64,000 bases of DNA. Origin: an uncultured bacterium (GTDB lineage Bacteria; Patescibacteriota; Minisyncoccia; Phycocordibacterales; Zambryskibacteraceae). Position numbers and translations under genes: made by a program. Below, piece after piece: positions 11,189-19,817 of this stretch (within the stretch, counting starts at the first letter, position 1; each line of letters starts with the position of its first letter). The DNA lies in the NCBI GenBank assembly GCA_963789635.1, contig CAWBLF010000003.1:67388-131387 (forward strand), given 5' to 3'. Below the pieces are notes generated by a model. That model was given only the letters and a program-made list of their open reading frames with translations, had not been told where the DNA came from and did not search any database.

Positions 11189-11346
11189 CGCTTGAAAAAA
11201 AGCCATTTTTCGTTAAAATGAGTGGCGTTGCGTCGGTGGATAAAATCTGAAGTAGTTCAGCTTTTTATCCGTAGCGAAGCGGAGGTGGCTACCACCAACG
11301 CTATGTGCCGAGTGTAACTAGGGTTGCGACCTAATGTCGCAAAATT

Positions 11347-11429
11347 GCGTCGGTGGTAGAGTGGTCAATTACAACAGACTGTAAATCTCTCGGCTTCGGC
11401 CTACGAAGGTTCGAATCCTTCCCGGCGCA
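11347..11429 (+). tRNA. tRNA-Tyr (anticodon GTA)
   Basis: Acceptor GCGTCGG/CCGGCGC; anticodon loop CTGTAAA; long variable arm CGGCTTCGGCC; GAAGG-TTCGAAT-CCTTC; one mismatch in the anticodon stem. Confidence 0.7.
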
Positions 11430-11434
11430 CATGC

Positions 11435-11458
11435 AAACCCCGAAAGGGGTTTTGCTTT
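11435..11458 (+). terminator. Rho-independent terminator after tRNA-Tyr
   Basis: AAACCCC-GAAA-GGGGTTTTGCTTTG. Confidence 0.6.
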
Positions 11459-11587
11459 GTGCGTCGAGCAAGCAAACTACTTTGCTTGCATGGAAGATTC
11501 GAAAACCTTGAGTATATCGCGTAGCGATAAGAAAGGTGCACAGCTCCTGTCAGGAGAGAATCTTTGTGAACACCAAAAAGAAGCTTT

Positions 11588-12223
11588 TTAGAACAATTTT
11601 GTTTGGGGCAATTTTTCTTTTTTCTTGTCCTCAACGCGCGGAGGTAAGTTTGACTTGGCAAATTCTTTCAGGAAATCGCCGTTTACAACTTTTGGAAGTT
11701 TTTTAAAATCTTCTCTCAAATCATTGAGGACGGCGGTAGCGCGAAGCGCCGCCGCTGGGTGATAAAGAGGGAATATAGTTTGTCCATTGGCTTTAAAAAC
11801 TTTGCCGTGAGATGAGCTGATTTTGGCAAAAGGCAAAAAGTAGTTCATTGAAAATCTGCCAAGAGGTGCGACAACCTTGGGAGCGATGATTTCAATTTGT
11901 TTTGCCAAATATGGTTTGTAAGCTTCTATTTCATCAGGAGTGGGATCGCGATTTTCCGGAGGTCGGCGTTTTACAATATTGGAAATATAGACGTCTTCAC
12001 GTTTCCACCCAATTTCATTTATTAATTGGTCAAGTAGTTTGCCTGAACGGCCCACAAACGGCCTACCGAGCTCGTCTTCTTTTTGGCCGGGGGCTTCACC
12101 GATAAACAGCACATCGCAATCCGGATTGCCTTCGCCAAACACCAGATTTGCTTCCATTAAAGGCAGACTATGATCATTTAGAATTTCCTTTTTCAAATTC
12201 TCGAGGTCTTCCTTTTTGTTCAT
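11588..12223 (-). CDS. uracil-DNA glycosylase, family 4
   Basis: Family-4 UDG motifs GEAPGQKEDELGRPFVGRSGKLL and HPAAALR. Confidence 0.8.
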   Translation of the reverse strand: MNKKEDLENLKKEILNDHSLPLMEANLVFGEGNPDCDVLFIGEAPGQKEDELGRPFVGRSGKLLDQLINEIGWKREDVYISNIVKRRPPENRDPTPDEIEAYKPYLAKQIEIIAPKVVAPLGRFSMNYFLPFAKISSSHGKVFKANGQTIFPLYHPAAALRATAVLNDLREDFKKLPKVVNGDFLKEFAKSNLPPRVEDKKKEKLPQTKLF

Positions 12224-12291
12224 ATCGGAATTTTACCACAACCCTTACTGGTGTTGCATTTTTCAACTAGTATGATATTCTCTTCTCCACT

Positions 12292-12447
12292 ATGTCACAG
12301 GATAATCTAATATTGCTTCGCAACAAGGAGACCGGAGAGGTCTATTTTAGTCGTAAGAATAAGCGCAAGGTCGAACGCAAAATTGAACTAAAAAAGTACT
12401 CTAAAAAACTTCGCAAACGAGTAGTATTCAAAGAGGCCAAAAAGTAA
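12292..12447 (+). CDS. rpmG: 50S ribosomal protein bL33 (missed by ORF track, 51 aa)
   Basis: MSQDNLILLRNKETGEVYFSRKNKRKVERKIELKKYSKKLRKRVVFKEAKK has the bL33 signature (KNKRN..ERLELKKY..K..VHKE), non-zinc form; followed by a terminator. Confidence 0.65.
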   Translation: MSQDNLILLRNKETGEVYFSRKNKRKVERKIELKKYSKKLRKRVVFKEAKK

Positions 12448-12450
12448 ACA

Positions 12451-12482
12451 AAAACCGCGTTTTGCGGTTTTTGTTTTTTTGT
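12451..12482 (+). terminator. Rho-independent terminator
   Basis: AAAACCGC-gtttt-GCGGTTTT followed by TGTTTTTTT. Confidence 0.65.
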
Positions 12483-12506
12483 ATTGGAAACATTATACTA
12501 ACTCCC

Positions 12507-13643
12507 ATGTCCAAGATATCTGAGAAACAGCGAACATGGGTGGAGATAGACACCAAAGCTCTTATCCGAAACCTCAAGTATTTGAAGAAAATTCTTTCCG
12601 AAAAAACCGAGCTTTTGTGCGTGGTCAAATCAAACGCATACGGTCACGGTATCGTGGAGATATCACAAACTTTACAAAAAATTGGCGGAGTCCGTCTGGC
12701 AGTGGACTCTTTTGATGAAGCAATTTTACTGCGCAGGCACAATATAAAACTTCCTATTCTTGTTTTTGGCTATACTCCAAAAATTTGGTTTAAAGATGCA
12801 GTCAGGCATTCTATTGAGCTCACCATTTCAAATACAAAATCTTTGAATGAAGCGCTTTTGTTTCGCACCTCGAAACCACTCCGTATTTCCATAAAAGTGG
12901 ATACGGGGTTGCATCGTCAAGGATTTTTGCCGGCAGAAAAGCAAAAAGTGTTGTCTATAATTGGGAGGAAGAATAAGTCGGTTTTGATTACAGGATTGTA
13001 TTCACACTTTGCCATTTCAGAGAGTAAGTCGCACAAAAAATTTACATTAATGCAGATTGAAAGACTAAAGGAGTGGTCTAAAGGTTTTAGGGCTCTGGGT
13101 TTGTCTCCGGACGTCCATATATCCTCAAGCGCCGGCCTTATAGCGTACCCCGAGGCTCATTTTGATGCGGCTAGGGCCGGTATAGCCCTATATGGCTTAT
13201 GGCCTTCCCCAGATATAAAAAATGCTACAAAAAATGGCAATGGTCTGGCACCGGTGCTTTCGTTTAGAACGTTGGTATCGGAAATAAAGGCAGTAAAAAA
13301 AGGTGAAGCGATTGGTTACGATTTGACAGAGACACTAAAAAGAAATTCCACAATTGCCATTTGTCCCGTGGGTTACTGGCATGGATATCCCAGAAGTCTT
13401 TCTCGTGTGGGTGTGACGCTTGTCAACGGCAAGCGGGCGAAAGTGCTCGGCACAATTTCCATGGATATGATGATGATTGATGTTACCGGAGTAAAGAATG
13501 TGAAAGAGGGAACAGTCGTAACACTAATCGGCAAAGATGGAAAGGAATATATGTCCGCTGATGAGGTCGCAGAACGATCCGGCACGATTAATTATGAAAT
13601 AGTAACTAGGATAAATCCTTTTGTAAAAAGGATTTATAGATAG
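12507..13643 (+). CDS. alr: alanine racemase
   Basis: PLP motif VVKSNAYGHG; overall length and fold; likely start MSKISEKQ inside the longer listed ORF. Confidence 0.85.
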   Translation: MSKISEKQRTWVEIDTKALIRNLKYLKKILSEKTELLCVVKSNAYGHGIVEISQTLQKIGGVRLAVDSFDEAILLRRHNIKLPILVFGYTPKIWFKDAVRHSIELTISNTKSLNEALLFRTSKPLRISIKVDTGLHRQGFLPAEKQKVLSIIGRKNKSVLITGLYSHFAISESKSHKKFTLMQIERLKEWSKGFRALGLSPDVHISSSAGLIAYPEAHFDAARAGIALYGLWPSPDIKNATKNGNGLAPVLSFRTLVSEIKAVKKGEAIGYDLTETLKRNSTIAICPVGYWHGYPRSLSRVGVTLVNGKRAKVLGTISMDMMMIDVTGVKNVKEGTVVTLIGKDGKEYMSADEVAERSGTINYEIVTRINPFVKRIYR

Positions 13644-13649
13644 TTTTAG

Positions 13650-13800
13650 GATTGCGGGCGGTGAAGGAATCGGTCGGACGTCGATTTCTGCTGAAATCGC
13701 GCACGACCCTGCCTCGCGCCACCGCGCTCCGGCTTTCGATTCCTTTCGCACACGCAATGATGTTCCACTCGGAAGTCTCAGCGGTCTTGCGTGATCATTG
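13650..13800. mobile_element. about 128-bp tRNA-flank module between a 22-bp direct repeat of the tRNA-Trp 3' end (M1 motif)
   Basis: ATTGCGGGCGGTGAAGGAATCG at 13651-13672 and 13797-13818; between them hairpin CGATTTC-tgctg-GAAATCG and a GC-rich second hairpin shared with motif copies at 21962 and 25021. Confidence 0.5.
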
Positions 13801-13871
13801 CGGGCGGTGAAGGAATCGAACCCTCGACAGCGGTTTTGGAGACCGCAGTTATGCCACTTAACTAACCGCCC
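13801..13871 (-). tRNA. tRNA-Trp (anticodon CCA)
   Basis: Reverse complement gives GGGCGGT-TA-GTTA-AGTGGCA-TAAC-T-GCGGT-CTCCAAA-ACCGC...GAGGG-TTCGATT-CCTTC-ACCGCCC-G. Confidence 0.8.
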
Positions 13872-13910
13872 GGAAGTCATATCCTACCAGCTTTTGGGGT
13901 GTCTTTCCAT

Positions 13911-14831
13911 TTACTTGGTCAACACTCGGTGTTGACCAAGTAAGAGAAATTTATTAACCAGGTTATTTATTTGTTTGCTATTGTTTTTAATATTCTGGTC
14001 AAACCACATGATTTTGTCGTTAGCTTTAAACCAGGTCATTTGTCGTTTTGCATACTTTATTATTTCTCCCGTGAGCTGATGGAGCATTTCTTCTTTTGAA
14101 ATTTGATTTCGTAAATATCGTGACACATATCGATATTCCAACCCAAGCGCTTCCATACGTTTCCAAGACAGGCCGTTTTTATGTAGATTGTTAACTTCGG
14201 CAATCATACCCTGGCGGATACGTTTCAAAAGCCTTTTTTTAATGCGTGTTTCTAAATCTTTTGGGTATAGACCAATGTACAAAACATCATAAGGAGTATT
14301 TTTTTTCCACAGCGGTGGAACTTTACCGAGCTTTTTGACAATTTCAATAGACCGAATAATTCTCACCTGATTGTGCTTGTCAATTTTTTTGGCTCTGCTT
14401 GCGTCAATTTTTTTCAGCATTCCAAAAAGCTCAGACGTTGTCCTTTTTTCCAACATCTTACGAAGTTTTGGATTCGGTGGCACCTCAGGCAAAGAAATTT
14501 TATCCAACAGAGTATCTATATAAAGTCCTGTTCCACCGCAAACAAAAGGAATTTTGCTTTTTGACGTTATGGAATTTATCGCTTTTTGCCCAAACTTTTT
14601 GTATTCCGCGACGGAAAATTGTTCTTCGGGATTGATTATGTCGATGAGATGATGAGGAATTCCACGCATTTCACTCTTTGTGATTTTTCCTGTGCCAAGA
14701 TTCATTCCTCGGTAAACTTGTCGTGAGTCGGCAGAAATTATTTCACCATTCCATTTTTGGGAAAGATGAATAGCCAAAGAACTTTTGCCAGAAGCGGTCG
14801 GTCCTAGTATGACAATAATTCTAGGCTTCAT
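13911..14831 (-). CDS. miaA: tRNA dimethylallyltransferase
   Basis: P-loop ILGPTASGKSSLAI, motif ISADSRQVYRGMNLGT, MiaA length. Confidence 0.85.
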   Translation of the reverse strand: MKPRIIVILGPTASGKSSLAIHLSQKWNGEIISADSRQVYRGMNLGTGKITKSEMRGIPHHLIDIINPEEQFSVAEYKKFGQKAINSITSKSKIPFVCGGTGLYIDTLLDKISLPEVPPNPKLRKMLEKRTTSELFGMLKKIDASRAKKIDKHNQVRIIRSIEIVKKLGKVPPLWKKNTPYDVLYIGLYPKDLETRIKKRLLKRIRQGMIAEVNNLHKNGLSWKRMEALGLEYRYVSRYLRNQISKEEMLHQLTGEIIKYAKRQMTWFKANDKIMWFDQNIKNNSKQINNLVNKFLLLGQHRVLTK

Positions 14832-14882
14832 GCCCGTATTGTATCAATGAAATACAAAAATTAATTTTTAATGCACAGAAAA

Positions 14883-15629
14883 TTATATTGATCCTCCGCT
14901 CGGTATTGAACCACCGCTCTGTATAGAGCCACCACTAGGAATCGATCCGCTCTGTATTGGTTGTGTTGTGGATATAGACCCACCGCTTGGGATAAATCCG
15001 CCCGCGTAAATATATCCGCCAGGAGATGCGGGATTATATGCTCCGGTTGGAAAATATAAATTGTTCCCTAGGCTAATGCTCGTATTGCAGTAGTAGAAAT
15101 AGGTGTAGTAATAACCGCTCGTTGTAAAATGTTTTTGAGGAAATACTGTCACGCTTGAGCAGGTGTTGATTGATCCTCCGGTAGCTATAGAACCTCCCGA
15201 TGGTATTGTGCCACCGCTATTAATAGTGCCACCGTTCGTACCGGTAGTACCACTTGATTGTCCAGTTTGGTTGCTTGAAGTAAATGCTCCAAGAATCTTT
15301 TCCAAAAGGCTTTGCTTTGGTGGTGGCGGGTTTGAAGAAACAACGTAATTGGGACATGCAGGATCCTGGGAATTGATCAATCCATTGCCTGCGTTATCGA
15401 CACTTACAAAACATTTCGGACAATTGGAATCCTGCATATCGGTTTTTCCATTACCGTTGTTGTCTACGCCGTCAAAACACATAGCGTAGAAGTTTGCGGG
15501 GTATGGGTCGGTGTTGCTTGGAAACTCGGCTTTGACAATGGCTATGGGAATAAATAGCATCAAAACAAGCCCGATGGCAAAAGCCGGTTTAATTTGAACG
15601 TTTTGGAGTTTTGATTTAATTGATTTCAT
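14883..15629 (-). CDS. secreted Gly/Ser-repeat protein with Cys-rich D-x-D-x-D-G modules
   Basis: Signal-peptide-like N-terminus; CFDGVDNNGNGKTDMQD...C repeats (calcium-binding-like); C-terminal (PSGGSI)n low-complexity repeats. Confidence 0.4.
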   Translation of the reverse strand: MKSIKSKLQNVQIKPAFAIGLVLMLFIPIAIVKAEFPSNTDPYPANFYAMCFDGVDNNGNGKTDMQDSNCPKCFVSVDNAGNGLINSQDPACPNYVVSSNPPPPKQSLLEKILGAFTSSNQTGQSSGTTGTNGGTINSGGTIPSGGSIATGGSINTCSSVTVFPQKHFTTSGYYYTYFYYCNTSISLGNNLYFPTGAYNPASPGGYIYAGGFIPSGGSISTTQPIQSGSIPSGGSIQSGGSIPSGGSI

Positions 15630-15771
15630 GCCTCAGCATAATACCATAGATTAAATAAAAAAGCAAGTAGATAATGATAGATGAGCAATTGTTGGTATTT
15701 ATGGCTCAAATAGGCCATAAAATTGGTAAAAAAGGGAGACCGCGCAAGCAAATGAGCTTGCGCGGTCTTTT

Positions 15772-16398
15772 TCAATCATTTATCCAACTTACCTTGGTTA
15801 GGGTGTTGACGGCATCGACTTCTTCCTGAGTCAGCCTCTCTTGTGGCTGAAAGGAATTAAGCAAATCACGATACTTCAGAGCCGAGGATTTCATTTCTGG
15901 TTTGCCGGTCACGGCCCTCATGAATGCCATGATGCTCGTCCTATGTGAGCTGATTAGTTTCAATCCGCTCGGATGTTTGTCATTCAAAAGAGTGGACACT
16001 TCGACCCACTCCAAAGGGCCGTGAAATTCATCTGGATCGTCTTTGTCGATCTTGGAGAAATTTCGTATCTCTCCCTTTTTGATCTCCATAACCACGGAGA
16101 TCTTGGCATGGTATGCGCCTGAATTTTTCTGATCGGAATCGAGCGTCGCGCTTGCCATGCTTCGGATTTCCACCTCGAACTTCATTTTGTCCTTTGCGAC
16201 CTCTTCTTCGGCGCCACGATACGCCGTTTGACTGACGGATTCACCGTGCTTGCCGGTTTCTGCCGGCAGACGAAGAGTCGTATATGCCCTGGGGGAACCG
16301 TAGTGCTTTGTGTAGGGCATAATGGCAAGAAGAATAGTGCCATCGCTCTCAAACTTCGGAATGATGATTTGTACCGTGTAGCTTACAATCGGTTTCAT
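15772..16398 (-). CDS. hypothetical protein
   Basis: 208-aa ORF; no confident family assignment (weak Nudix-like feel only). Confidence 0.35.
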   Translation of the reverse strand: MKPIVSYTVQIIIPKFESDGTILLAIMPYTKHYGSPRAYTTLRLPAETGKHGESVSQTAYRGAEEEVAKDKMKFEVEIRSMASATLDSDQKNSGAYHAKISVVMEIKKGEIRNFSKIDKDDPDEFHGPLEWVEVSTLLNDKHPSGLKLISSHRTSIMAFMRAVTGKPEMKSSALKYRDLLNSFQPQERLTQEEVDAVNTLTKVSWIND

Positions 16399-16524
16399 TT
16401 GCCCTCCTAAGGCAAAGAGATGAACGTTCTATGATGATTGCCATGAGCAATCATTCTCGCACTATTATATTATATACTTTAACTATTGTCAAATCATCGA
16501 AATGAAGCAATGTTTTTTACAATA

Positions 16525-16547
16525 TGGTGCCGGAGAGAGGACTCGAA
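16525..16547. repeat. 23-bp direct repeat of tRNA-Leu(CAA) 3' end (candidate distal att site)
   Basis: TGGTGCCGGAGAGAGGACTCGAA is identical to 22079-22101; an imperfect inverted copy TTCGAGTCCTCTCAC at 16619-16633 lets the interval fold into a long hairpin. Confidence 0.6.
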
Positions 16548-16666
16548 TCTTACAGATTCGGTACACCTTTCTTATCGTACTCCCCGCTAGCGCGTGGTCC
16601 GTGCGATATACTCAAGGTCTTCGAGTCCTCTCACGCAAGTAAAATAATTTACTTGCTTCCGACACG

Positions 16667-17068
16667 CAAAAACCCCTAAAAGGGGTTTTCTTGTGCTGTA
16701 ATTATACACTTTGCGCGAACCTTTTTCGAGCGGAAACTGAACGAATGAATCAGCCCCGCCACCGCCTCGCAGAGCCTCGGCGGACACCAAAGAAAAATGT
16801 TCCTTGCTTTTCGGATTTGCGCGCGACCAATTTCTTCTAAAAAGGAAAGGACATTTTTCTTTGGTGCTCTGCCCTCCAAGTATTCGGGCAGGTGGCGGGA
16901 CTAATGCGGACGAGGTTTTGCGAAAACTTTTTTTTGGGGAAAGGATTTCGCAAAACACTCGGCTAATCTTTTTTGAATTCGGAAGTCGCAAGCGGAGGAG
17001 GAGGGGTTTGGGGAGGAATCCTCCGCTTGCTCCGCTGTTTTCTTTTTGGGGATTTCGGGCGGGCGGTG
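16667..17068 (-). repeat. about 400-bp inverted repeat, copy 1 (non-coding, structured)
   Basis: Reverse complement is about 90-95% identical to 21547-21940; contains a 20-bp perfect internal hairpin (CACCAAAGAAAAATGTCCTT...AAGGAACATTTTTCTTTGGTG) and a CCCC/GGGG terminator-like hairpin. Confidence 0.7.
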
Positions 17069-17079
17069 GACTAGAAATA

Positions 17080-19071
17080 CTAAGGAATAAGTCTTTTGTA
17101 TGTCCTTGGGAAAGGAACGGCGTCTGAAATCATTTCTTTGGCTAGAATTTTAGCAACAAGTCTGTCCAACCCAAGACAAAAACCTCCATGATCTACAGCT
17201 TTGTCTACAATAGAAATATAAAATTCATAATCGCTTATATTGATTCCTGACAATAACATTGATTTTTTAATTTGTGCCCCGTCTGTTTGTCTAATCGCAC
17301 CACTTACAAGCTCCCAGCCATCAACGATAATATCAAAAGTTTCAGTCAATCCACCAGATTTATTTTTTGTATAAAACTTTTTTATCGTATCTGGGTAATC
17401 TTTTATGATAAAAATATCACTAGCATTTCTGCTTTTGATTAACTGACCTAATTTAGCTTCACTCACTAGGCCAAGATCATCGCCCATTGTTACGGGGTTA
17501 CCATTTTCTTGAAGCAGTTTGACTGCTTCACAATATGTCAGCACAGGAATTTTATCAATTTCAGGTAGAACCAAATAGCTTGTAAGACTAAAAGTTTTAA
17601 TCAAATCATCGTTTGTCTTCTTAATTATCTGGCAAGCCAAATAATACAAGTTCTCTAAATTCTTTGGATTTTTCAACTCAATATCTAATCCAATTGATTC
17701 TTGTAGGTGTCGATAGGATTCACTCGTTTCTTTCCTCCAAAAGGGGCCAATTTCATATATCTTCTCCAGACCAGATGCAACAAGAATTTGTTTGTAGATT
17801 TGATTAGATTGTCTCAAAAACGCAGGAGCTCCATTCATCCAATCTACATTTATTGTCCCTCCCTTATCAACTTTTGGTGGGTCGGTAGAAAGGCCTACGA
17901 TATATGGTGTCGTTACCTCTAGAAACTTTTGATCATCCAAATAATTTCTGATAATTTTGTACATTTTACTTCTCTGACTGACCAAATCTAATTTATCCTT
18001 ACCCAGCTTTTTAAAATTACTTTGTCTTTGTTGATTTATATACAGCTTTGCGACATTCCTGTTAATTTGATCAACAATTACACCTAATTTCTTGTCTATA
18101 ATACTTTTTGCTTTACTAATTTCATTTTTTCTTGCCCCAACATTGTTTTCTGCGATTTCTGATAGTTTTTCTATCCCAATAAAGCTACTGACTTTGCCCG
18201 CTAACAATGAGGGCGTTGATAAATCAACAAAGAAAATCCTGTTAAGATCATCAATCTTGTTTAGCAAACCGCCTACAACTCGCTTGGTCTCGGCATTATT
18301 ATCAAGAGCAATAATAATACATGCTATATCTTCCGATGATTTGAAATCTGCAAAAGACGAGTATTGAACACTCGTTTCATTAAGATTTTCTTTTGGAACA
18401 TCAATAATTGTCCTATTGACTATGTGTAGTGGCAAAGCATTTTCTACGTTTAAAATTTTAGCAACAAGCTTTCCGGACTTCCCATAACCAATTAATACAG
18501 ATCTCTTTCCTTCTGGGATATTTTTTACCACAAGCTCACTTGCTATTCTTTCCAAAGAAGTGTTCCCTTCAAAAATACTAGTTTTTAGTTTACATTCATT
18601 GGCAAGCTCATTAAGCCAATCAGCAATGAATACAAAAGGGCTTCCATCTCCGTGTATTCCAGACTTTAATCCTTCAGCCATTTGCGATAAAACCTGAGAA
18701 TCGCCAATTGTAACGCTATGAATTCCGACAGCACATTCGCCTAAAAATTTTATAGCGTTGATCTCATCATAAAATTTTATATCCCTAATCAAACTCATTA
18801 TTCCACCATGTGCATGAGAATCCCAAGTTGATAACATTCTCCCTCTCAGATACTCAAAAGAAAGATCGTCTTGGTAAGAAATTAACAACATAACAGCATT
18901 ACACTTCTTTATCACTGCAATAGAATCAATATTAAGTCCTAGATCATTTTTAAATTGATTTAGAAATTCAGAATCATTTTTTAGATCTGCCAATTGTAAA
19001 TTACTCAGAGCCTTTTCATCAAGTCTTTGATAGTTCAACGCTGCACAAATTATTTTATTAGAGAGTGTCAT
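17080..19071 (-). CDS. fusion protein: glutamyl-tRNA reductase-like (HemA-like) N-domain plus class II aaRS (AspRS/AsnRS-type) catalytic core
   Basis: N-terminus aligns with GluTR (CN(A) active-site Cys region KKCNAVMLL, GDSQVLSQMAEG, Rossmann VLIGYGKSGKLVAKIL...IVNRT, FFVDLSTP); C-terminus has class II motifs 1 to 3 (FLEVTTPYIV; IGPFWRKETSESYRHLQESIGLDIE; HGGFCLGLDRLVAKIL) and no anticodon-binding domain. Confidence 0.55.
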   Translation of the reverse strand: MTLSNKIICAALNYQRLDEKALSNLQLADLKNDSEFLNQFKNDLGLNIDSIAVIKKCNAVMLLISYQDDLSFEYLRGRMLSTWDSHAHGGIMSLIRDIKFYDEINAIKFLGECAVGIHSVTIGDSQVLSQMAEGLKSGIHGDGSPFVFIADWLNELANECKLKTSIFEGNTSLERIASELVVKNIPEGKRSVLIGYGKSGKLVAKILNVENALPLHIVNRTIIDVPKENLNETSVQYSSFADFKSSEDIACIIIALDNNAETKRVVGGLLNKIDDLNRIFFVDLSTPSLLAGKVSSFIGIEKLSEIAENNVGARKNEISKAKSIIDKKLGVIVDQINRNVAKLYINQQRQSNFKKLGKDKLDLVSQRSKMYKIIRNYLDDQKFLEVTTPYIVGLSTDPPKVDKGGTINVDWMNGAPAFLRQSNQIYKQILVASGLEKIYEIGPFWRKETSESYRHLQESIGLDIELKNPKNLENLYYLACQIIKKTNDDLIKTFSLTSYLVLPEIDKIPVLTYCEAVKLLQENGNPVTMGDDLGLVSEAKLGQLIKSRNASDIFIIKDYPDTIKKFYTKNKSGGLTETFDIIVDGWELVSGAIRQTDGAQIKKSMLLSGINISDYEFYISIVDKAVDHGGFCLGLDRLVAKILAKEMISDAVPFPRTYKRLIP

Positions 19072-19817
19072 ATGTTTTTATGAATAACTTCTACAGTTGC
19101 TTGGTGTAGTGGAGTAACCGTAATCTCATTTATTTGAACATGTTCTGAAAGATTTATTACATATTTAATAATATCAGCAATGTCGTCTCCTGATAATGGC
19201 TTAATCCCTTTGTATACATTTTTAGCTTGTTTAGTATCTCCGCCGAAACGAACATTACTAAAGTTTGTTTCAACTAATCCTGGCTGTATATTTGTTACTC
19301 TAATGTCATTTTCTACTACTTCCTTTCTAAGTCCGTCAGAGATAGATTTTACAGCCGCTTTCGTTGCTGCATATACAATACCTTTGGAATAAGATGAGAT
19401 ACCTGCAATAGAACCAATATTGATAATATGTCCGCTGTTTCTTTCTTTCATACCCTTAAGCGCAAGCTTGGAAACCATAAGCAATCCTTTTATGTTGGTA
19501 TCAATCATCTGATCCCAATCCTTTATACAACCGTCTTCTAGTTTTTCTAATCCTAAAGCAAGACCAGCAGAGTTTATTAATACGTCTGGATAAAGATTGA
19601 GAGATTCTAAATTTTCAAACATTTTAGAAATCTGGGACTGGCTAGTAACATCAACAGCGAAAACATGTACGTCCTTATTGTTGCTTAGCTCTGATTTAAT
19701 ATTTTCTAACCCTGAGAGATTTCTGGAGCACAAAATCAATCTATTTCCGTCAGACAGTTTTTTGACACATGCCAATCCAATACCACTGCTTGCTCCTGTA
19801 ATTAGTATCGTTTTCAT
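19068..19817 (-). CDS. short-chain dehydrogenase/reductase (SDR)
   Basis: TGASSGIG cofactor motif, NSAG, catalytic YAATKAA; 4-nt start/stop overlaps with neighbours indicate an operon. Confidence 0.8.
   Translation of the reverse strand: MKTILITGASSGIGLACVKKLSDGNRLILCSRNLSGLENIKSELSNNKDVHVFAVDVTSQSQISKMFENLESLNLYPDVLINSAGLALGLEKLEDGCIKDWDQMIDTNIKGLLMVSKLALKGMKERNSGHIINIGSIAGISSYSKGIVYAATKAAVKSISDGLRKEVVENDIRVTNIQPGLVETNFSNVRFGGDTKQAKNVYKGIKPLSGDDIADIIKYVINLSEHVQINEITVTPLHQATVEVIHKNI

Noticed and set aside
11401-11661. 86-aa ORF on minus strand
   Set aside because: It overlaps tRNA-Tyr and the terminator hairpins.
16587-16991. 134-aa ORF (minus strand), and its near-identical counterpart ORF 21513-22049 (plus strand)
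   Set aside because: Both lie entirely within the approximately 400-bp inverted repeat copies, so the same low-complexity 'protein' appears on opposite strands. There is no recognisable domain and the Pro/Gly/Arg-rich composition is typical of translating structured GC-rich non-coding sequence.
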